From IMG/VR virus record IMGVR_UViG_3300045988_082442, positions 32,001-96,000 of that record: a stretch of DNA of 64,000 nucleotides. One strand, given 5' to 3'. How positions within the stretch are numbered: position 1 is the first letter of the stretch; each line of letters starts with the position of its first letter. Positions 37,512 through 46,547 of the stretch are shown piece by piece. This DNA is from a virus. The notes under the pieces were generated by a model, which had not been told where the DNA came from, made no database searches, and was given only the letters and a program-made list of their open reading frames with translations. A program made the translations under genes and the position numbers.

Positions 37512-38327
37512 ATGAATGAAGATTATATTAACGAGAGATGGAATGAGTTTGTTGGATTATTGAGAAAGACAAACAGAGATGGAATTGAAAGCTTGATAAG
37601 CTGGCTGGATACAAAGTCTGATTTTAAATATGCACCAGCAAGCACTAGATACCATCTAAACTGTAAGGGTGGTCTATTAGTACATTCTTTAAATGTTTAT
37701 TATACACTTATAGATGACTTTAAACCATTTATTGATATTTTTAAGATACCAGAGGATACTTTAATAATATCTGCATTACTACATGATATATGCAAGGCAA
37801 ATACATATACAACAGAGATGAGAAATGTAAAAAGAAATAACACCTGGGTACAGGAACCATACTATGCAACTGACGATGTATTCCCATTAGGACATGGAGA
37901 AAAAAGTGTTATTATTCTTCAAAACCACATAAAGTTAAATTCACTAGAGGTTTTAATGATAAGATGGCACATGGGATATTCAGACAGACCACAATATGAT
38001 GGACCTATTTCAGATGCCTATACTAAATTTCCACAGATATTAGTTTTAAATTGGGCAGATTGTGCTTCAACATTTATGATAGAAGGAAATTCAGAGGGAA
38101 CAGAGAAATTTAACTATGCTGGGTTTGATAATCTATTTGAAGGTAGAAGTGTTACAGATAGTTTAAACATTATGAATAAACCAAAAGAGATTGTTGTTGA
38201 TGGTACAACATACGAATTAGCACCACCAGATGCTGTTGTAGATGGTAACGAGATAATAATAGTTAATGCCTATAATGGGCAACCAGTAAAAGTTTATGCA
38301 CCATACGAAGATGGTCTACCATTTTAA
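37512..38327 (+). CDS. HD-domain phosphohydrolase (YhaM-like HD pattern)
   Basis: Contains YHLNCKGGLLVHSL, LLHDICK, GHGEKS and RWHMG. I chose the start at 37512 because it has a GGAGG RBS. Confidence 0.65.
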   Translation: MNEDYINERWNEFVGLLRKTNRDGIESLISWLDTKSDFKYAPASTRYHLNCKGGLLVHSLNVYYTLIDDFKPFIDIFKIPEDTLIISALLHDICKANTYTTEMRNVKRNNTWVQEPYYATDDVFPLGHGEKSVIILQNHIKLNSLEVLMIRWHMGYSDRPQYDGPISDAYTKFPQILVLNWADCASTFMIEGNSEGTEKFNYAGFDNLFEGRSVTDSLNIMNKPKEIVVDGTTYELAPPDAVVDGNEIIIVNAYNGQPVKVYAPYEDGLPF

Positions 38328-38339
38328 GGAGGTATTTAT

Positions 38340-39248
38340 ATGAAGCATGAAGTAAAAGCTTTTAGACTTACTTTACCAAAAGAAGTAAGAGGTTTAGCAG
38401 ATATACCTAAAGATGGGTTTGTTGATATTTCTTATGATGAAAATTTAAAAGGTATTGTAATTAGAAACTTAGAAAACCTAGAAGCATATAATAGTGAAGC
38501 TGAGAAGAGTAGTAAAGTTGTAAAAAATATTAGTAGTGAACCTATTAATAAAGAACTGGATATACATAAAAAGGAAATACCAAATGTACCAGATAAAGTA
38601 GAGGATAATATTGAAATAAAACCTACAAAGGCTCCAGTAAAAAGAAGTCAATCAGCAAAGAATAAAATTGTTGCAAACTTTGAAGATGCACCAAATTTAT
38701 ATAAAGCATATTTTAGTGAGTGTGGATTGGTTGTAAGAACAAAAACTAGATATGTAAATTCTTTCTGTGAAAAATGCAAAGGTCAACTTGCTAGAGAATG
38801 GGAAGATAAAGCAGAAGTAAAATGTAGGTATCTTGATACTTACAATGATATTTCATCTAAATCAGATAATAAGACAGAGGTAAATAAAGAGGACATAACT
38901 GAAAATCAAAATAAAGATACTTCTAGTAAAAGCATTGATATAGAATCTATGAAAGTACAAAGAAGAAATGACATAGAACAAATTACAAAATCTATATCAA
39001 AAGCAAAAAAGATTATATCTGATAAAATAGAATCTTTAAATAAAGATACTAATTCACAGGCTAAAGATAAAAGATATAGTAATGACCATACTGTTTTGAA
39101 GCCAATTAAATTAGATAAGGATAGCATTAGAAGTTGTGATAACTGTGGTGAATATCAGTCAAAAGGCTTTATGATAGATGATAGGTTTCTATGTAAAGAA
39201 TGTACTAAAAAAGATTTTAAAGAATATTTAAAGAGGAGAGGGATTTAA
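38340..39248 (+). CDS. putative DNA-binding protein (AbrB/SpoVT-like N-terminus, C-terminal Cys pairs)
   Basis: The N-terminus FRLTLPKEVRGLADIPKDGFVDISYDENLKGIVIR resembles the AbrB swapped-hairpin pattern. Also contains CEKCKG and CDNCG..CKEC. Confidence 0.5.
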   Translation: MKHEVKAFRLTLPKEVRGLADIPKDGFVDISYDENLKGIVIRNLENLEAYNSEAEKSSKVVKNISSEPINKELDIHKKEIPNVPDKVEDNIEIKPTKAPVKRSQSAKNKIVANFEDAPNLYKAYFSECGLVVRTKTRYVNSFCEKCKGQLAREWEDKAEVKCRYLDTYNDISSKSDNKTEVNKEDITENQNKDTSSKSIDIESMKVQRRNDIEQITKSISKAKKIISDKIESLNKDTNSQAKDKRYSNDHTVLKPIKLDKDSIRSCDNCGEYQSKGFMIDDRFLCKECTKKDFKEYLKRRGI

Positions 39249-39250
39249 GA

Positions 39251-40354
39251 ATGTTTGATTTATTAAATGCTAAATTGATTAGTGATGCAGAAGAAGTTGA
39301 GTTAGTAAGACCAAATGAGATAGCAATTTTAGAAGATGGGGAAGATAAACCTGCAGTATATCTTATTGAGAAGGGGGCAGCAAAATTTCTATATAAACAA
39401 TTAGGAATTAGTCAAAGTACAAGTAAAGAGTTATATAAGAATAACAGAGAAATATGGAAAACTTTTATAGAATCACAATTAGAAGATAAAGATGGTAAAA
39501 GAGCACCTTTTAAATTTACAGATAGTAATGTTAGATATATGGTTGATAATAATGGTAGCCTTGTAGACATGACAATAATGTCAGATGACTATTTTGAAGA
39601 TTTACAAAGTAAATTAGATATATTTACAATGGAAGTTGGCTCATTAGAACATACCAGAAAGTTTTATTTTGAGGGCAGTAACGGATTAGTAAAACTAATT
39701 ATCTATGATGCAGAAGCAGATATTGTAGAAGATAAATATACACCAGTAGTTATATTAGAGGTAAATAATAAAAAGGCAGAATATTCTGTATATACAGGTA
39801 TTATAATTTATGATTCATTTACAACATTTATACCATCTATGAACCCAGTTGTAACATATCAGTCATATATAGATTTTATAATGGGTGTAAATATATTAGG
39901 TACATTAGATATGTCAAAGGAAAAATCAGAAGATTTATATAATGCTTATCTTGATTTTAAATCTAGCCATGTTGAAATTTCATTAAGAGAGGTAATAAGA
40001 ATTTTAACAAAAGTTGGTTATAAATTAGATGTTAAGGAAGATGCAACATTAGATGATATAAGTAATCTAAATGACGAAGAAGCCAATATAGTATTAAAGA
40101 ACTTCTTTAATTCATTTAAAACAAAAACAGGTGAGTCAGCAGAGGATTTATTGAATTTAAGTGAAATAAGAAAGATATTTAGATATAACAAATTGACAAT
40201 AGTGGAATTATTGGAAATTTTATCAAAACAATATATCAGTGAAGATGGTGCAAAAATAACTGCTCAAATACTAAGTGATTTGGTATTTGGGTTATACACA
40301 AAGAAAACAGACAGTATAGATGCAAAAGGAATTATAGATGATATAAATAATTAG
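39251..40354 (+). CDS. hypothetical protein
   Basis: ORF with a GGAGAGGG RBS. Confidence 0.65.
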   Translation: MFDLLNAKLISDAEEVELVRPNEIAILEDGEDKPAVYLIEKGAAKFLYKQLGISQSTSKELYKNNREIWKTFIESQLEDKDGKRAPFKFTDSNVRYMVDNNGSLVDMTIMSDDYFEDLQSKLDIFTMEVGSLEHTRKFYFEGSNGLVKLIIYDAEADIVEDKYTPVVILEVNNKKAEYSVYTGIIIYDSFTTFIPSMNPVVTYQSYIDFIMGVNILGTLDMSKEKSEDLYNAYLDFKSSHVEISLREVIRILTKVGYKLDVKEDATLDDISNLNDEEANIVLKNFFNSFKTKTGESAEDLLNLSEIRKIFRYNKLTIVELLEILSKQYISEDGAKITAQILSDLVFGLYTKKTDSIDAKGIIDDINN

Positions 40355-40365
40355 GAGGGTTTAGT

Positions 40366-40749
40366 ATGTCATTTTCATTAGGTAATATGAATGTTGTGAA
40401 ACAGATAAAATCAAGCAATGGACAGGTTAAAAGAGATGCGATAGCAAAATGCTATGTAGTAATAAAGAAACAAGAAAAGATAACAGAGAATATAAGAAAA
40501 GCTTTAACAACTTATCTGACAACACGTTTGAAATCAGTATCAAGTACTAATTTATCTAGTGATTTACTACAGGATAACATCATAGAATTACTAGAGTTTT
40601 GCACACATAAAATATATGAAGCAATTACTATGGAAGATGTTATTGAATGTGAGGACCAAATATTACAGCAAATATATTGGTGTACTAAACACATGAATAC
40701 CAAAAGATTGATATTTGACGAATTTGAATATAATTCATCAAATAATTAG
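40366..40749 (+). CDS. hypothetical protein
   Basis: ORF with a TAGGAGGG RBS. Confidence 0.6.
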   Translation: MSFSLGNMNVVKQIKSSNGQVKRDAIAKCYVVIKKQEKITENIRKALTTYLTTRLKSVSSTNLSSDLLQDNIIELLEFCTHKIYEAITMEDVIECEDQILQQIYWCTKHMNTKRLIFDEFEYNSSNN

Positions 40750-40766
40750 GTTAAGAGGGATAAAAC

Positions 40767-41459
40767 ATGGCAGATATAGAAATAGAGTTTATAAAGAAAT
40801 TGGTACCCAGTCTTAACAGTATTACAGATAATGATGGGTACCTAATGAACAGATTTAAGGCATATAGAAATTTCATGGAACAGTCAGAAGTACCAGCAGA
40901 ATATATCTATACAATTTTAGAGAATCCAATGTCAGTTTCTGTTGCAATGAAACAGGAAGATGTCAGAGAGTTTTTTAATAATGTATCAGGGTTTTTAGAC
41001 AACGAGTTCAATTGTATTTTTAGATTTAGAGATGAGAGGGAATGTATAAAGTCAGCAGAGAAAGTATCAGCTTTTATAATTCAAAACTATATAAAACATT
41101 ATTTAGCATCAAATGAATACATGAAAAGGATGCTTTATATTGATACAGTATCTTTAATGGATGATTTGAAAAGAGTAATAAATTACAGTATGAGTTCAGA
41201 GACATCTATAAAAAGGACCTTTAATCATAACTACGAAACTTTAAGTAATGGAATTGAGAATTATGATTTTGTTATTTGGAATAGTCTTATGAGTCTAAAA
41301 ACAGATTATGAAAAAGAAGAACTAAATAGAATTTTGACAGTAAGACATAAAAAGGGTTTAAGTAATTTATTTATGGTATATGGGGACAACGGAAGTATTT
41401 GTGAAAAATTAGGTATTGCACATAGAATGCTAACAGGTTGTGGTGTTGTTGACATATAG
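40767..41459 (+). CDS. hypothetical protein (position suggests a helicase-associated factor)
   Basis: ORF with RBS, immediately upstream of the dnaB-like gene. No P-loop. Confidence 0.55.
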   Translation: MADIEIEFIKKLVPSLNSITDNDGYLMNRFKAYRNFMEQSEVPAEYIYTILENPMSVSVAMKQEDVREFFNNVSGFLDNEFNCIFRFRDERECIKSAEKVSAFIIQNYIKHYLASNEYMKRMLYIDTVSLMDDLKRVINYSMSSETSIKRTFNHNYETLSNGIENYDFVIWNSLMSLKTDYEKEELNRILTVRHKKGLSNLFMVYGDNGSICEKLGIAHRMLTGCGVVDI

Positions 41460-41480
41460 CATATAGAGGGAAGGTTCAAT

Positions 41481-42737
41481 ATGATAGATAGAATAGATGT
41501 GGAGTATGCACTACTGTTAAGTGTAGTTGAGAATAAGAATTTTGAAATTTTACTTAAAAATGATATAACTGAGGACTATTTTAGTAATACTGGTAAATTG
41601 ATATACCATCATATTGAAGATTATCTTAATAAATATTCAGAGTACATGCATGTAAATAATATACTTAAAGAGTTTGATATAGATTTAGATTATTATTCTA
41701 GCTTGAAGCTATTAGGTAACACACAATCTTTTATGGATACATTAAAACAACAACATGCATCAGATGTAATAGTTGATAAGTTGAGTGCTCTGAATGCAAG
41801 TTCAGGGTTGATATATACACAACCAGTAGAATTTCTGAAGTCTTTTGATGCAACTAATGATAGTTTAAAGCAACTTTTGGTAGAAAGGAAATCAGTAAAT
41901 TTATTAGATAACTTAGATAAGATTTTACAGTTAGATAGAAATAATGTTATAAAGACAGGATTTAAAGAACTAGATGATAAACTAATTGGTTGGAACAAAG
42001 GTGAGGAGCTTATAATTCTTATGGGTAGACCAGGACAGGGTAAATCATTTTTAGGTTTAAAGTTTTCTTTGGCAGCAGCAATACAGAAGTATAGAGTTGG
42101 TATTTATTCTGGAGAGATGTCAGAGGAACAAGTACAAAAAAGACTTATTATGCTAAATAAACAAGGTAGAACAATGACAGATGCAGAGTCAATAAGTGAT
42201 ATGAGAGCAAAAGATTTAAAACTTACGCTACTAACACAAAAAGAGTTACAAGGAAGAGCAACAGTAAAAGATTTAGAGTCAATGATATTAAAAGATGAGT
42301 TAGATTTTTTATTTGTAGACCAATTATCATTAATGGATGATTACCATTCAAGGGTATATGATACAAGAACCAGATTTGCAAATATATCAGCAGATTTGTT
42401 TTCATTGTCAATAAAATATTCAATACCAATAGTTTTAGCAGTACAAAGTAACAGAGATGGTGGTCTACAGAAAGATGCACCACAATTAGAGAATATAGCA
42501 GAATCAGATGTTGTAGGACAAAATGCAACAAGGGTTATTGGTATGAGAAGGGAAGCAAATATAACTACAATGAATATCTCAAAAAATAGATATGGTGATG
42601 ATAAGTTTATGCAAAAATATGATACAGATTTTGAGTTAGGTAAGTTTACACCAATAATGACAGCAGAGTCACCACTTGCACAAGCACAGGTACAATCACA
42701 GGCAAGAAAAAGAACATTAGGTTCTAGATATTTCTAA
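41481..42737 (+). CDS. dnaB: DnaB-type replicative helicase
   Basis: Contains GRPGQGKSFLGL (Walker A) and FLFVDQLSLM (Walker B) in a RecA-like C-domain, with a DnaB-like N-domain. Confidence 0.88.
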   Translation: MIDRIDVEYALLLSVVENKNFEILLKNDITEDYFSNTGKLIYHHIEDYLNKYSEYMHVNNILKEFDIDLDYYSSLKLLGNTQSFMDTLKQQHASDVIVDKLSALNASSGLIYTQPVEFLKSFDATNDSLKQLLVERKSVNLLDNLDKILQLDRNNVIKTGFKELDDKLIGWNKGEELIILMGRPGQGKSFLGLKFSLAAAIQKYRVGIYSGEMSEEQVQKRLIMLNKQGRTMTDAESISDMRAKDLKLTLLTQKELQGRATVKDLESMILKDELDFLFVDQLSLMDDYHSRVYDTRTRFANISADLFSLSIKYSIPIVLAVQSNRDGGLQKDAPQLENIAESDVVGQNATRVIGMRREANITTMNISKNRYGDDKFMQKYDTDFELGKFTPIMTAESPLAQAQVQSQARKRTLGSRYF

Positions 42738-42799
42738 TAAACATTTATAAGGATAATTTTACAATCCTTGCAAGAAGTTGCGAACTGTGTATTTTGATA

Positions 42800-43033
42800 T
42801 TTTTATAGCTATATAGGATAGCACAGATGTGAAAGAATAAGAATTTGCTTTATTAAGTACATGGTGTTTTATAGCTATATAGAATAACACAGGTGTAAAA
42901 GTTATACAATTATAAAACACGGTCATTTTGTGTTTTATAGCTATATAGAATAACACAGGTGTAAAAGAAGGTATATGATACAAGAACTAGATTTTCAGTT
43001 TTATAGCTATATAGAATAACACAGGTGTAAAAG
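42800..43033. CRISPR. mini-CRISPR array: four 36-nt repeats (one degenerate) and three 30-nt spacers
   Basis: GTTTTATAGCTATATAGAATAACACAGGTGTAAAAG occurs at 42866, 42932 and 42998. A copy with 5 mismatches is at 42800. The spacers at 42836-42865, 42902-42931 and 42968-42997 are all exactly 30 nt. Confidence 0.8.
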
Positions 43034-43081
43034 GTTGATATCCAACTAAATTTTTACAGTTTTAGATATGGGAGTAAGTAT

Positions 43082-44107
43082 ATGTATAATGTTGATTTTT
43101 TATTACAGTTAAAAGAGTATTTATATTCAAAAACAGGAAAAGTATATTTCAATAATATAAGAGATGGTAAAGAAGATATATTATGTACTTGTCCTATTCA
43201 TAAAGGTGGACAGGAAAGACACCCTAGTTGTGGTTTTTCTAAAATAGATAAAGAAAATATTAGTGCTGGATGGTTTCATTGCTTTAATTGTGGATTTACT
43301 GGTAATACATATACAGTTTTAAAAGAACTATTAGGTGAAAAGTTTGATAAAGAAGAAGCAAATAAAGTATTAGGAATTGAAGATTTTGAAGAAGATTATA
43401 GATTAAATAATAACCCAATAATCTTTACTATTCCACCAAAGGAACCAGTTAAATATGTAAGTAGAAAAGAATTAGAACAATACAGATACTATTCAGATTA
43501 TTTAAAATACAGGAATATCTCAATGAATACAGCAAATAAATTTGATATTGGAATGGATATAAGAACAAATGAAATAACATTTCCAATTAGAGATTATACA
43601 GGTAGGGCTTTAGCAGTAGGTAGGAGAAGTATTGCAGGAAAGAGATATGAGTACCCTTTGGGGTTTACAAAGCCATTGTATGGTGTTTATGAGTTACCAG
43701 TAATAATGAAAAATCAATATGTATGGGTTGTTGAAGGACCATTTAATCTGTGGAGTTTATATGAATATAAAGAAATAGGTGTAGCATTGTTAGGTACAGG
43801 AACACAAAGACAATTAGAACAGTTACTGACATTAGATTGTAAAGGTTTTATGTTGGCATTAGATGGGGATAAAGCAGGTAGAAGAGGTATAACAAAAATA
43901 GCTAAATTCTTACAAAGACATGGAAGAGAAGTTAGAGTGTACTGTGTACCAGATAATGAGGATATAAATAGTATGCCATCAAACTTATTTCCACAAATGG
44001 CAATAATGACATTTAGAGAATGGAGTAAGATGATAGCAAGAAGATTTAAAGATGAAGATAATTCTGGTAACAAAGATATACAACCAGAATTAGAGGATAT
44101 GAATTAG
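43082..44107 (+). CDS. dnaG: DnaG-type DNA primase
   Basis: Contains a zinc finger (CPIHKGGQERHPSCGF..CFNCG) and the TOPRIM motifs VVEGPFN and LDGDKAGRRG. Confidence 0.88.
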   Translation: MYNVDFLLQLKEYLYSKTGKVYFNNIRDGKEDILCTCPIHKGGQERHPSCGFSKIDKENISAGWFHCFNCGFTGNTYTVLKELLGEKFDKEEANKVLGIEDFEEDYRLNNNPIIFTIPPKEPVKYVSRKELEQYRYYSDYLKYRNISMNTANKFDIGMDIRTNEITFPIRDYTGRALAVGRRSIAGKRYEYPLGFTKPLYGVYELPVIMKNQYVWVVEGPFNLWSLYEYKEIGVALLGTGTQRQLEQLLTLDCKGFMLALDGDKAGRRGITKIAKFLQRHGREVRVYCVPDNEDINSMPSNLFPQMAIMTFREWSKMIARRFKDEDNSGNKDIQPELEDMN

Positions 44108-44121
44108 GTAATTACATCTTT

Positions 44122-44138
44122 AAAAGATGTTATTATAT
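44122..44138 (+). promoter_or_regulatory. promoter cassette (AAAAGATGTTATTATAT)
   Basis: Recurrent motif, about 85 nt upstream of the ATG at 44224. Confidence 0.55.
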
Positions 44139-44223
44139 ATGAGATTATTAAATCTCAAAATAAAATTTTATAGGCTCAAAAATTATAAGGGGTGAGCACC
44201 CAAACAAGAAAGGAGAAAATAGC

Positions 44224-44895
44224 ATGGGAAGAATTAATGTAGACCAAGCAGAAAAATTAAATGAAAGAAAGGGAGGAAATTATTTCAAAATAAACCAAGA
44301 CGAAAGTAAACAAGTAAGGTTTTTATGGGATTCAGCATCTGAAATTGCTGAAAAATGGTTATTTGGAGTACACTCAGTAACATCAGTAAGCCCAGATGGT
44401 TCAAGACACTATGCAATAGTAGATTGTCCAAAATCTGGTGGGGACCCAGATGCAATTTGTAAATATTGTGCAGGGGAAGTTATGAACCCAAATAACAGTA
44501 AAATTGTAACAGTACCAAGAGTTGTAATTCCATTATTCAATATAGATGAAGGAAGCATTCAATATTGGGTAAGAAGTTATGATTGGGTAAAGAAATCATT
44601 ATTACCAGTATTAGAGGAATCATCAGGATTACCAAGTTTAGCAAACCAAACATTTAAAGTTAAAAGAGCTGGTTCTGGATTAGATACATCATATACAGTT
44701 TTACCAGTAATCAACTCAAATGATGCTAGAACAAAAAATGATTTTGGTGAAATAAAAGACCCATTTGATTTAGGAATAATCAAGAGATATGGGGAAGAAA
44801 ATAATCAAAATCAAGGACAAAATCAAGGTCAAGGACAACCATTTGGTCAAGCACCACAAACAGGATATCAAAGAAGAACAACAGAAATGTTTTAA
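44224..44895 (+). CDS. candidate single-stranded DNA-binding protein (gp32-like Zn site, Gln/Gly linker, C-terminal ..EMF tip)
   Basis: Contains H..CPKSGGDPDAICKYC, a QNQGQNQGQGQ linker and a short terminal tail. It lies between the primase and polymerase genes. The assignment rests on architecture and position. Confidence 0.5.
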   Translation: MGRINVDQAEKLNERKGGNYFKINQDESKQVRFLWDSASEIAEKWLFGVHSVTSVSPDGSRHYAIVDCPKSGGDPDAICKYCAGEVMNPNNSKIVTVPRVVIPLFNIDEGSIQYWVRSYDWVKKSLLPVLEESSGLPSLANQTFKVKRAGSGLDTSYTVLPVINSNDARTKNDFGEIKDPFDLGIIKRYGEENNQNQGQNQGQGQPFGQAPQTGYQRRTTEMF

Positions 44896-44912
44896 TTGAA
44901 GAGGTGTGATAG

Positions 44913-46232
44913 ATGGCAGATTTATTTGATTTAACAATACCAAATAAAAAGCAAGCTGCATCATCTGTTAGAAAGACAAAGAGAACTGGAGGTATGGGAT
45001 TAGGTGAAAGGGTTATGGAAGCAAGAAGAGCAGTTGAAACCTCACTTGCTGGTTATAAAGATAAAGTTAGAACTATCATAACAATAGATGACTTAATCTC
45101 ATACTTTGAAAATGCAGGAGATTTGATAGCAATAGATACTGAAACAATGGGGCTTAACTATTTTAGTGATTATATAGTTGGAATATCAATGAGTAATGGT
45201 GGGGAAGGTATTTATATACCATTAAACCATTCAAATTATGTATATGGAACTAGAGTAGAAGGTCAGTTAGATGTAAAAGATGTTGCAGAAGTATTTAAAA
45301 AGTATATGAATAATATTAAGTGGATATACCATAACTCAAAGTTCGACCTTAATGTCTTAAAAACAGCATTTGGATTTGATATGCCAATGCACTATTGGGA
45401 TACTTTGATATTTGCACATTTATATAGGTCAAATGAGGAACATGGTTTGAAATACTTATATAATAAATATATTGCATTAGAGGACGAAGGTGTAAATAAA
45501 TTTGACAAATTGTTTAATGGATTGACCTTTGACCTAATTCCAATTGATGTAGCAACAGTATATGCTGGAAAGGATGCTATAATGACACATAAGTTATTTG
45601 AATGGCAATACAGCATACTAGATACAGAATTTGCAGAATCAAAAGACTTATTTTTGAATATAGAGAACCCATTATCCTATTATGTAGCAGAGATGCAAAG
45701 AACTGGTGTAGAATATGACAAGGAAGCATCTGATAAGTTAAGTGCAGAATTATTTAAAGAACAAGCAGAGGCTGAAAAGGTTGTATATAATGAGATAAAT
45801 AAATATAAATCACAAATAGATGAATACAAAATAACACACCCAAAGAATCCATTGGAAGACCCAATAAATCTAAAAAGTGAAAAACAATTAAGTACACTAT
45901 TTTATGATATTATAGGTTACAAAACAAAGGCAGGTAAAGGAACTGGTAGAGAAATATTACAAGAAATAAATGATGATTTGTGTAAGTCATTACTGAAATT
46001 AAGAACACTAACAAAATTGATAGATGCATTTATAGTAAGTTTGCCAGGGTTTATAGAACCAACAGATGGAAGAATACATACAAGTTTAAATCAGGATGGC
46101 ACAGAAACAGGAAGATTTAGTTCAAGTAAACCAAACCTACAACAAATTCCTGCAAGAAATCCAATAGGAAAGAAAATCAGACAATTATTTAAAGCATCCC
46201 CAGGTTATGTAATGATGTCTTCAGATTTCAGT
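44913..46232 (+). CDS. polA: family-A DNA polymerase, exon 1 (3'-5' exonuclease and start of pol domain)
   Basis: Contains IAIDTET (Exo I) and YHNSKFDL. The exon ends with ..MMSSDFS, the first half of motif A (DxSQxExR). Confidence 0.9.
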
Positions 46233-46547
46233 TAAATGATGGCTGCCTAGTAGGGTGACCTGCTAGTGAATAAACCACCTAATTCGGTGAAACCTTAGCA
46301 AGTAAAGTTGAAGGTAATACCGAGCAAAATATTATTTTATCTTGTGGATTTATAAATAATATTGTGTGTAGAGACTATCAAAATCATAGTATAAAAGAAA
46401 TATTTATATGAATAAGAGAGTAGAGTAAGACTTAAGCAAGTTTGAAATGGTGGTTATCTTATAAAGGTTAAAACAATATAAGATAAAGAGCTAGTCCGAC
46501 ACTTACAGAAATGTAAGAAATAATTTAGCGAATTATTAAACAGTGTG
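46233..46547 (+). mobile_element. ORF-less group I intron splitting polA motif A
   Basis: Exon 1 ends in U and the intron ends in G. Core elements: P UAAUUCGGUGAAAC (46281), Q AAUACCGAGC (46317), R GUAGAGACUAUCA (46369), S AAGAGCUAGUCCG (46487). Confidence 0.85.

Noticed and set aside
42745-42775. AATTTTACAATCC upstream of the array is partly complementary to the repeat's 3' end (GGTGTAAAA), so it could be an anti-repeat.
   Set aside because: Only 7 contiguous complementary nucleotides occur, in AT-rich sequence. The segment also forms its own AAGGAT/ATCCTT hairpin after the dnaB stop. The evidence is insufficient.
42759-42983. 74-aa minus-strand ORF with the internally repeated peptide FTPVLFYIAIKH.
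   Set aside because: It is simply the translation of the CRISPR repeats. It has no RBS, and the repeat periodicity explains the peptide repeats.
43059-43081. GTTTTAGATATGGGAG looks like the beginning of a fifth CRISPR repeat.
   Set aside because: Similarity is lost after about 8 nt. The preceding 'spacer' would be 25 nt rather than 30. The sequence also doubles as the primase RBS region. At most it is a decayed remnant.
46300-46500. Strings resembling a Cas9 tracrRNA (TAGCAAGT, TACCGAGC, GCTAGTCCG), not far from the CRISPR array.
   Set aside because: They lie inside the polA intron and correspond to the group I P/Q and S core elements. Their order and spacing (about 180 nt apart) do not match a tracrRNA. 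There is no anti-repeat complementary to the 36-nt repeat.
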